Shown in pieces: positions 21,811 to 29,428 of a DNA stretch of 31,703 bases. The translations under genes were made by a program, and so were the position numbers. Every line of letters begins with the position of its first letter. Positions within the stretch are counted from its first letter, which is position 1. The notes under the pieces are model-generated. The model had not been told where the DNA came from. It saw only the letters and a list, made by a program, of their open reading frames with translations, and did no database searches. This stretch comes from a virus (Duplodnaviria; Caudoviricetes), in IMG/VR virus record IMGVR_UViG_3300005805_000291, positions 1 through 31,703 of that record; one strand, 5' to 3'.

Positions 21811-22262
21811 TGTCATATTATTTCCCATTCGGTAACGCAAGTGCAGTTTCCGTACAGAATATAAGTTATTCCTTCGCTGCAACTAGTGCTAGCGCGATGT
21901 CAAGTGAGTTACTTATCTCCGCGTTATCTGCGTCTTTTGCAAATAGCGTGCAAAATACTCCACCAAATGGAACCAACGGAACAGCAGCAACTTCAGAACT
22001 ATGTACAGGAACTGCTGAAGCCGGCGACCAAGGGCCACAAGGTCCGCGAGGCAATGATGGATTAGATTATACCACATGTCCTCCCGGATCAAAGGAATGT
22101 CCCGGCTTATTTGTTTCATTGTCAGCGGTTAATGCAGCTCGGGCATCTGGGTCACAATTCAGTATTGTATGTATTGACGTAACTGGATATATTGCATCAA
22201 CCGTAGGATGTCCAGACTATTTACCAGTCAACGTAGGATATACATTACCTACTATTCCATAA
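21810..22262 (+). CDS. Mini-collagen-like protein 3 (150 aa), Cys-containing
   Basis: The real start is likely ATG 21810 (TAATG overlap; MSYYFPFG). ALSASFA motif, GDQGPQGPRGNDG run, five Cys. Confidence 0.7.
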   Translation: MSYYFPFGNASAVSVQNISYSFAATSASAMSSELLISALSASFANSVQNTPPNGTNGTAATSELCTGTAEAGDQGPQGPRGNDGLDYTTCPPGSKECPGLFVSLSAVNAARASGSQFSIVCIDVTGYIASTVGCPDYLPVNVGYTLPTIP

Positions 22263-22264
22263 CC

Positions 22265-22293
22265 TTGACAAATTACAAAACATATTTTAAATT
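22265..22293 (+). promoter_or_regulatory. Sigma70-type promoter TTGACA-N17-TAAATT
   Basis: TTGACA 22265-22270, 17-nt spacer, TAAATT 22288-22293, in the intergenic gap before 22321. Confidence 0.7.
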
Positions 22294-22320
22294 TTATTAA
22301 ACACTATAAGCAGGTATTTT

Positions 22321-22545
22321 ATGACAGATAATAAGGTTGCAATTCCTATGGCATTACGCCACTTAATTGAAAGTAATAATCAATTATTAAAGAATTACCA
22401 AGCAGAACTTACTAGTAAGGTAATTCAAGCAAATGAAGAAATGATGCGTATTTTGGGATTAGACCCCAACGAGGGATGGCGATTAGACGTAGATAACTTC
22501 ACTTACGTCAAGATTGAGCAAGATGATACTCCATCCGTCAGCTGA
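22321..22545 (+). CDS. Hypothetical protein (74 aa, helical)
   Basis: ATG with an AGGT site directly behind a promoter; overlaps the helicase start. Confidence 0.6.
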   Translation: MTDNKVAIPMALRHLIESNNQLLKNYQAELTSKVIQANEEMMRILGLDPNEGWRLDVDNFTYVKIEQDDTPSVS

Positions 22546-24412
22546 CCAAGCAATACTTACGTGGGGCAAGTTTAAAGGATATTCGCTCTCCCGTATCTAC
22601 TATACTAATCAATCGTATCTCACGTGGATGAGTACGACTGTCGGGATTCCGCCGGTATGGCAAGAAGCAGCGAAACTTGTGTTGGCTGGAGAAGATATCT
22701 CCCATTTGAAGATTGCGAAAACTACGCAAGTCAGCACACCCAAACCACAAACTTCTACCTCTATTCAAGTCACGGTCACCCTCTTAAACAGTAAGACGGG
22801 TGCTGTTGCTATGCCGTACAACCCATCCTTGATGGAACGCTTCAAGTATGAAGTTGATGGTCGGAAATGGAATGGGGAAAACAAAACGTGGGAATTTCCA
22901 GCAGTACAATTACCTAAAGTATTCAAGGTATTTGGGGAAGAAAATATTATCTGTGATGACAAAGTACTCAATATGCTGAGTAAATTACGAGACCGCAGAG
23001 AAGATTTGGACGAGATTCGGGCCAAGGAAGATGTGGACTTTGATATCAAGGGGATGCAACTTCAACTCTACCCGTATCAGAAAGTCGGGGTTAAGTTCGT
23101 GGAACGAGCAGAGGGTCGATGTCTCATCGCTGATGCGCCTGGTCTGGGTAAGACTGCACAAGCAATCGGGTTCGCTCAACATAAGAATCTTAAGACGGTT
23201 ATCGTCTGTCCGCTTTCAGTCGTGGTCAACTGGCAACGTGAAATCAAAAAGTTTACTGGAAAAGATTCTACTGTGTGGGATAGTAAACACTATTATGGAA
23301 AGTTGAATAATCAGTTCCATATCGTTCATTATGATGCCGTTGCAAAAGTGGCAGCAGAGTTACGGAAACAAGAGTTTGATTTATTAGTTTGTGACGAAGC
23401 TACCTATCTCAAAAACCGACAAACGATTCGAGCTAAGAGTGTGTTGGGGTCATATAAAGAACGTAGAAAGTATCCTGGTATTAAGACAAAGTATTGTCTC
23501 TTCCTCACAGGTACGCCAGTTATGTCTCGTCCCATCGAAGCGTTTGCTTTGTTGAACTTCCTCGACAAAGAACGTTTCAATAACTTCTTCCACTTCACCC
23601 AACGGTACGGTGGATGGAAGGGTGACGCACCTCGCAACCTCCAAGACCTCCACGACCGTACAAAAGATTTGGTCATCCGCAGAAAGAAAGAACAAATCTT
23701 GACCGAACTTCCTGCTAAGCAACGAAATGACTTGTATGTAGAATTGACGAAGGACGAACAGAAACAATATAAAGAATTACTCAGAGAAGTATTCGGAAAG
23801 TGGAAGGTCGAGAAGCCATCTATTGGTCACATGCCAAAACTTCAAGCATTTTTGATTGAAAAGAAGATGCCACGGTTGGTGGAAATGATTGATGAATTCT
23901 TGGATAATGATAAACCCATTCTTATCTTCAGTAATTATATCGCTCCGTTGAAGTTCTTAGAAGAACACTACGGAGATAAGTCAGCTATACTGACGGGTGA
24001 AATGAATAGTAAGGAACGTCAGAAATCAATTGACAGACTGACCAACGGGGAAGCCAAGGTCGGATTGTTCAGTCTAATGGCGGCAGGTATGGGTATTGAC
24101 GGATTGCAGAAGCAAATAGATACGGTGGTGTTCCTGAATTGCGATTGGGTACCCGCAAATCACGAACAAGCAGAGGACCGTACCCATCGTATCGGTCAAA
24201 AGAGTCAAGTACAGGTCTATTATATGTTATGTGCAGATACAATCGACGAATATATGCGAGATATCCTCAAAGAGAAACAGCAGGTGGCTGACCTTGTGGT
24301 GGACGGGGCGTTGGTCACTCCTGAGCGGTCAAAATCCTATTTTAAGGAGTTTGTATCCAAAATTAGTCAGGTTTATAAGGAAGATATTTCCACTAAAAAC
24401 ATAGAAGATTGA
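22523..24412 (+). CDS. SNF2-family helicase/ATPase, SMARCAL1/HARP-like architecture
   Basis: LYPYQ, ADAPGLGKT (motif I), VCPLSVVVNWQREI, CDEAT (II), LTGTP (III), IRRKKEQILTELP, AAGMGIDG (V), QAEDRTHRIGQ (VI). N-terminal WGKFKG module and HARP-like PYNPSLMERFK...GRKWNGENKTWEFP. ATG 22523 is preferred over TTG 22514. Confidence 0.9.
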   Translation: MILHPSADQAILTWGKFKGYSLSRIYYTNQSYLTWMSTTVGIPPVWQEAAKLVLAGEDISHLKIAKTTQVSTPKPQTSTSIQVTVTLLNSKTGAVAMPYNPSLMERFKYEVDGRKWNGENKTWEFPAVQLPKVFKVFGEENIICDDKVLNMLSKLRDRREDLDEIRAKEDVDFDIKGMQLQLYPYQKVGVKFVERAEGRCLIADAPGLGKTAQAIGFAQHKNLKTVIVCPLSVVVNWQREIKKFTGKDSTVWDSKHYYGKLNNQFHIVHYDAVAKVAAELRKQEFDLLVCDEATYLKNRQTIRAKSVLGSYKERRKYPGIKTKYCLFLTGTPVMSRPIEAFALLNFLDKERFNNFFHFTQRYGGWKGDAPRNLQDLHDRTKDLVIRRKKEQILTELPAKQRNDLYVELTKDEQKQYKELLREVFGKWKVEKPSIGHMPKLQAFLIEKKMPRLVEMIDEFLDNDKPILIFSNYIAPLKFLEEHYGDKSAILTGEMNSKERQKSIDRLTNGEAKVGLFSLMAAGMGIDGLQKQIDTVVFLNCDWVPANHEQAEDRTHRIGQKSQVQVYYMLCADTIDEYMRDILKEKQQVADLVVDGALVTPERSKSYFKEFVSKISQVYKEDISTKNIED

Positions 24413-24420
24413 TATTTATA
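24411..24420 (+). promoter_or_regulatory. Putative late promoter motif GATATTTATA
   Basis: Overlaps the helicase stop, 34 nt before ATG 24455, the first gene of the tail/baseplate block. Confidence 0.6.
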
Positions 24421-24454
24421 TACGTGGTAAAACCAAATAGTTTAAGGAGTTATT

Positions 24455-25210
24455 ATGTCAGAGTATGGATTTCCAACAGAAACAATTGATTTGCCCAGTA
24501 AGGGGTTGTTATATCCTGATGGGAGTCCGCTGAAAAGTGGGCAGGTAGATGTCAAGTATATGACCGCAAAAGAAGAAGATATCTTGACTTCAACCAATTT
24601 GATTCAAAAGGGTACGGTATTGGATAAATTGATGGAAAGCTTATTGGTTACCAGAGGTGTACGACCAGCCGACCTATTAACGGGTGATTTAAATGCCGTA
24701 ATGGTTGCCGCTCGTATTTTAGCATACGGTAAGGATTATCCAGTAAAGCTTAGTTGTAAGTCGTGTCAAGGAGTATTTGAACACACCGTAGACTTGTCAC
24801 AATTGGATATGTTACTTCCAGAAGCCGAAGGTTGGGTCAACGGTGAACGAGAACTCGAATTACCTACGGGCGTTAAGATTACCTTTAAGTTGTTAACTCG
24901 CGGTGATGAAAAGGAAATTGAAAACGAAGTAAACGCGATGAAGAAGTTCAACAATTCTATTGAAGCTGATTCATCAACTCGTCTAAAATATATTGTTGCA
25001 TCAGTTAACGGAAATCGTGATAGACGTTATGTTCGAGAATTCGTTGATAATATGATTATTCGAGATGTTCGAGCATTACGTGAAGAAATCAAGAGAGTTT
25101 CACCCGATGTGAATTTTGATTTAAATATCGCATGTGGTATCTGTGGTGAAGAAAATAAAGCGAGGATGCCCTTTGGGGCTAACTTTTTTTGGCCTGACCT
25201 CGGAGCATAA
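24455..25210 (+). CDS. T4 gp26-like baseplate hub assembly protein / tail assembly chaperone
   Basis: IDLPSKGLLYP, YMTAKEEDIL, GDLNAVMVAARILAYG, two CxxC pairs (CKSC, CGIC), ending NFFWP; AAGGAG site; directly upstream of the tape measure gene. Confidence 0.82.
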   Translation: MSEYGFPTETIDLPSKGLLYPDGSPLKSGQVDVKYMTAKEEDILTSTNLIQKGTVLDKLMESLLVTRGVRPADLLTGDLNAVMVAARILAYGKDYPVKLSCKSCQGVFEHTVDLSQLDMLLPEAEGWVNGERELELPTGVKITFKLLTRGDEKEIENEVNAMKKFNNSIEADSSTRLKYIVASVNGNRDRRYVREFVDNMIIRDVRALREEIKRVSPDVNFDLNIACGICGEENKARMPFGANFFWPDLGA

Positions 25211-25397
25211 GGTATTAATACACCAATCACTATTTACGTTGTTGTACTTTAGTAATGGTGGGTTTACGTTTGAGCAAGCATATCGGATGCCGGTGTATCT
25301 TCGAAACTTTTATTTAAAGCAACTCGAAGAAACAAAACAAAAAGAATCCGAAATGGTACAGAAGCAAACAAAAGGTAAATCTTCTAATAAGAGATAG
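25182..25397 (+). CDS. gp51-like C-terminal extension, probably expressed by frameshifting from the gp26-like gene
   Basis: The +1 frame reads TFFGLTSEHKVLIHQSLFTLLYFSNGGFTFEQAYRMPVYLRNFYLKQL. There is no ATG before the conserved-looking part, and it overlaps the upstream gene at a T7 run (25184-25190). Confidence 0.65.
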   Translation, partial: TFFGLTSEHKVLIHQSLFTLLYFSNGGFTFEQAYRMPVYLRNFYLKQLEETKQKESEMVQKQTKGKSSNKR

Positions 25398-25399
25398 CT

Positions 25400-27349
25400 A
25401 TGGCTGATGGATTGTCCCCAGACGAAGTATTTGAGTTAAAATCTGCACTACAGATGTTAGTCGCAGAAATGCGTGATGCCGCTAATGGAACCAAGGATTA
25501 TACAAAAGCTGTTGGTCAACAACTGTCTGCTGAAGAAGAAGCACTTAAGCTTTCAAGAGCAAAGGCAGCTGATGAAAAGAAAAAATCTGCCGCGGAAAAG
25601 AAAATTCAAAGTCAATTAAGTGAAATGGAGAAATCGCTAAAAGATTTCTCTGTCAAACAAAAATTGATGACATCAATGTTCGGTCAGCAAGCCGGGGTCT
25701 ATAGCGCGGCATTTGATGGTATGGTTGTTCGACTTAAGGCTGTGGGCAAGGCGTTGGGGGATGGACTTAAAATAATAACTGATGGAATTACTGCGGCCAG
25801 AGCTTCTGGACTAAGCGCTCAAGCTGGAGCAGCTGCGGCTATTGGAAGTCAAATCGAATCAATACGGTCGATATTCACGTTCGACCCCAATACGATGTTT
25901 TCCCCAGAGGAAATTTCAAAATCGGTTGGGGATGTAACTGCGGCTTTAAATGGATTTTCTACGGGATTAGCACCATCGGTTGACTCACTTGCACAATTTA
26001 GAACATCATTATCTGGTGTAGGAATTATTGGGCAACCCACGGCAGAAACATTTCAAGCATTGGCGTTTGTTGGTGCAAATACAACCCAAGAATTTAATTC
26101 ACTACGAGCGGCAACAGGTCGTCAAACCATATCAACCAGTACATTAGCAGGTGCCATTAACAAAAATCTTACATCAGTTAATGTTTTTGGTACTTCTATA
26201 CTTAAGAGAGCATTAGACTTTGACCGTCTTGGTATCACGTTGGATTCATTAACTAAAGGACAAGAATCATACGTCACAAGTCTTGACCAACAAATTGATG
26301 CAGTAGCTCAACTTGGACAACTGGGTACCGCGATAGACTTTGAAAAGCTCACCATGCTTCAAGAATTTGGTGAGCCGGGACAAGCCCAAGAATATATTTC
26401 ATCATTAATAAACGCAGAAGATTTACGAAGTTCCAGTTATCGTGCGTTATTAGGACAGATTTCTGGTATTGACGTACAAGAAATATTAAAAATCAAAGGT
26501 GTTGGGAACTTTGAACAATTGGAAAAGCAAGTTTCTACTAACGCAAAAGCTCAAGAAGAAGCAAACAACAAAGTATCTACCTTTGCACAGGCAATTAAAT
26601 TGTTGTTAGATAATCAATGGGTTAAATTTATAGCGGGAATTGTTGCCGCGACTGGGTCGCTAGCATTGTTTGTAATAACTGCACTTACACAAATCAAACT
26701 GTTACGAACTCTAGGTAGTATACCACCAACAACACCCGGAGCACCAACAACAGGCGGCCCAATCACCACTGGAGGTGGAGTAAAGCCAACAACTGGAGGA
26801 ATGGTAAGGGGGGGAGCTGGTGCGGGAGCAGCGGTTGGTGTAGGTACTGGAATTGCGACCGCCGCATCAACAATAATGGCTGGCGGTAGTTGGAAGAAAG
26901 CGTTATTAATGGGTGTTGCGCCTATATTGGGTGGTGTGCTTGGTGGAGTATTAGGTGGAGCAATTTCAGCTATACCATTATTAACGCCATTTGCTGGAGC
27001 TATTGTACCGTTGTTTTCGGGACTAGGATCGACATTGGCAGCCGCAGTTGCTACTAAGGTTGCAGATGATATGGTTTCTATGCCTGGGTATGGTGACCGC
27101 ACCTTAGTAACACCAAGTGGAAATATCGCTTTAAATAATAATGATACGGTGATGGCTGGTACCAACTTATTTAATAAAGGTACATTACAAGCTGGTAGTT
27201 CTAATGATAGCGCTCCGTTGTTAGCAAAGATAGATAGACTGGTCAGTACCATAGAAAACGCAAGTACTACCATTTCTGTTGGTGGGGAAACCCAAAAAGT
27301 CCCTCGGTTCCAATTGGTTGGCGTACGCTCTCGAAACGAAGTGGAGTAA
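25400..27349 (+). CDS. Tape measure-like protein
   Basis: 649 aa; N-terminal Ala/Lys/Glu coiled coil, helical middle, Gly/Ala-rich hydrophobic segments near the C-terminus; positioned between chaperone and baseplate genes. Confidence 0.75.
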   Translation: MADGLSPDEVFELKSALQMLVAEMRDAANGTKDYTKAVGQQLSAEEEALKLSRAKAADEKKKSAAEKKIQSQLSEMEKSLKDFSVKQKLMTSMFGQQAGVYSAAFDGMVVRLKAVGKALGDGLKIITDGITAARASGLSAQAGAAAAIGSQIESIRSIFTFDPNTMFSPEEISKSVGDVTAALNGFSTGLAPSVDSLAQFRTSLSGVGIIGQPTAETFQALAFVGANTTQEFNSLRAATGRQTISTSTLAGAINKNLTSVNVFGTSILKRALDFDRLGITLDSLTKGQESYVTSLDQQIDAVAQLGQLGTAIDFEKLTMLQEFGEPGQAQEYISSLINAEDLRSSSYRALLGQISGIDVQEILKIKGVGNFEQLEKQVSTNAKAQEEANNKVSTFAQAIKLLLDNQWVKFIAGIVAATGSLALFVITALTQIKLLRTLGSIPPTTPGAPTTGGPITTGGGVKPTTGGMVRGGAGAGAAVGVGTGIATAASTIMAGGSWKKALLMGVAPILGGVLGGVLGGAISAIPLLTPFAGAIVPLFSGLGSTLAAAVATKVADDMVSMPGYGDRTLVTPSGNIALNNNDTVMAGTNLFNKGTLQAGSSNDSAPLLAKIDRLVSTIENASTTISVGGETQKVPRFQLVGVRSRNEVE

Positions 27350-27355
27350 TCTATT

Positions 27356-29155
27356 ATGTCATTTAAAACTTTGGAACAACGTTTCAACGAATCAGCAAAG
27401 AGCATTTATAGTCGCTATACCAATGAAGATAGCTTAGTTGCCGAAATCAGACCAGACTCAAACGCTTCTCGTAGTAGAATTAAAGACGACACCCGTTCGG
27501 TTCCCGTGGTGTCTACTCGTCGGGATACATCTCGTATCGGTTCATTCTTGAAATCTCGGGATGGTGTGCTATTTCTATCTAAACAAACGTTGTTACAAAC
27601 TGGTAACGTATTTGCAGAAACCAGACTTTATAATCCACTAGAAACGTTAGCAAATACCATTCCATTCGTACACGTTAGAAGAAATACGGGATTCCCTAGT
27701 ATTCTTGGTACTAACAGAGGTGCATTACAAAAGGAAACGATTGATTCATTTACTCCGGCTTCTCGTGGATTATTAGGACAAGCCATAAACACAGTCCTAT
27801 CACCAGTTCGGGCGCTCAATAGTACACCAACATTAGTTCCTGGGGACTCTGGTAATTTCTTTGAACGCCCAGAAGATGTAAATCAATGGTATCCTAAGCT
27901 TTTAGCAAAACAACCATTAGAATCACAAGGACAAAAAAGACCTGCGGGACTATATGACACTCTCGATGCACGATATGATTTTATTAAAAATACCGGTAGT
28001 TTCGCAAATTATCCAGTACCTCGTACTTCTGGAAATATTACCTTTAGAGATTTAGAATCAACAAATTATGGAAATGGATATTACGCTAAATTAAATAACG
28101 GCATAACCGACCCATATAACTTAGAAGCAATAAGCAGTGCAAGTCTCTTTAAAAATCAATTATCCTACAATTCTATCGTAGGAAATAAAGAAGAAGCAAC
28201 CGACATTATTAAGTTTATCTTTAGTGAAGCGGATGAAACGAATCCAGTACACTTTCGTGCATTAATTTCTTCAATAAAAGAAAATATAAAACCAGAATAT
28301 ACTGAACAACGATACGTAGGTCGTATTGAACGGTTTGTAACTTATAGTGGAGTAAAGCGTTCAGTATCCTTACAATTTAATATTGTTGCGATGTCAGATG
28401 CTGAACTAGATAATATGTGGTTACGTATCAATAATCTTTCTGGACGAGCATTTCCAAGAGCTATTTCGGCTAATGGATTTATGGTACCTCCGCTGTTCAA
28501 AATAACTGTGGGTGGGATTTATGAAAATCAACCGTGCTATATTGAAACGTTAGACTATGATTTCTTGGATGAAAGTATTACATTTGATATTGATAAAGAA
28601 GTATCAAAGGTTATCAATGTCAATATGTCATTAACCTTACTTGAAAAGAGAACAAAGGTATACGACAGTCCATTCTATAATATAACAGAACAATTACAAG
28701 GTACCGCAGAAAGAACTCCACCAACACCACCCGCAACTACTGGAACACAGGCAGTAGTTGATGTGGCAGCTCCTTCAGCACCACCACCAGCTCCAACAAG
28801 AGCTGCCGGCGGCGCAACTCCAAGTGGTACTCCAAGTTCTGCTGGAACCGCACAAGCTCGTAGAACACAAACTCCTGTAGATTTCCCAGTTCGTCGAGCC
28901 CCGACAACATCTGAACAGATTGGTCGTAGACGGTCAAATACAGAAATACTAACTGGAACCGACGAGTTAACGCAGCCGGCGGTTTATACACCACAACCAA
29001 CTCTTTTTGATTTGACGTTTGGTATTAAACCACGACCACAAATAAATCCATTTGCTTCAACGTTCTTAGACCCAAGAGTATCACAAGGTGCTAGTAGAAT
29101 CTTACGTAATCAACCATTTACTACATCGGGGCCCCGCATCGGGCCTCGTCGGTAA
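27356..29155 (+). CDS. Tail tube initiator / baseplate-tube junction-like protein with low-complexity C-terminal tail
   Basis: The central FRALISSIKENIKPEYTEQRYVGR...YSGVKRSVSLQF...PPLFKITVGGIY...PCYIETL region resembles tube-fold baseplate proteins of contractile tails; located between tape measure and LysM-like genes. Confidence 0.65.
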   Translation: MSFKTLEQRFNESAKSIYSRYTNEDSLVAEIRPDSNASRSRIKDDTRSVPVVSTRRDTSRIGSFLKSRDGVLFLSKQTLLQTGNVFAETRLYNPLETLANTIPFVHVRRNTGFPSILGTNRGALQKETIDSFTPASRGLLGQAINTVLSPVRALNSTPTLVPGDSGNFFERPEDVNQWYPKLLAKQPLESQGQKRPAGLYDTLDARYDFIKNTGSFANYPVPRTSGNITFRDLESTNYGNGYYAKLNNGITDPYNLEAISSASLFKNQLSYNSIVGNKEEATDIIKFIFSEADETNPVHFRALISSIKENIKPEYTEQRYVGRIERFVTYSGVKRSVSLQFNIVAMSDAELDNMWLRINNLSGRAFPRAISANGFMVPPLFKITVGGIYENQPCYIETLDYDFLDESITFDIDKEVSKVINVNMSLTLLEKRTKVYDSPFYNITEQLQGTAERTPPTPPATTGTQAVVDVAAPSAPPPAPTRAAGGATPSGTPSSAGTAQARRTQTPVDFPVRRAPTTSEQIGRRRSNTEILTGTDELTQPAVYTPQPTLFDLTFGIKPRPQINPFASTFLDPRVSQGASRILRNQPFTTSGPRIGPRR

Positions 29156-29167
29156 CATTATTAATTT

Positions 29168-29428
29168 ATGAACAGATATATTGATACCCTTAAGAAAATA
29201 GAAAGTCCAGATAGTCCATCGTACTATGCTAGTAGTATACCAGTCAGTATTCCTACGGAAACTGTACCATTTTATTACGAAGCAAAAGATGGTGACAGAT
29301 TAGATACTATTTCAAATTTGTTTTATAAAACACCGAACAATTGGTGGGTTATCGCTAAAGCCAATAATTTAGCAACTGGTACATTTACTATCCCTGCTGG
29401 AACGTTACTGAGAATTCCTAATCTATGA
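29168..29428 (+). CDS. LysM-like baseplate wedge protein (T4 gp53 / P2 gpX-like)
   Basis: YEAKDGDRLDTISNLFYKTPNNWWVIAKANNL...IPAGTLLRIP. Confidence 0.85.
   Translation: MNRYIDTLKKIESPDSPSYYASSIPVSIPTETVPFYYEAKDGDRLDTISNLFYKTPNNWWVIAKANNLATGTFTIPAGTLLRIPNL

Noticed and set aside
26614-27405. 263-aa reverse-strand ORF opposite the tape measure gene
   Set aside because: Antisense shadow of a Gly/Ala-rich region; all supported genes in the window are on the + strand.
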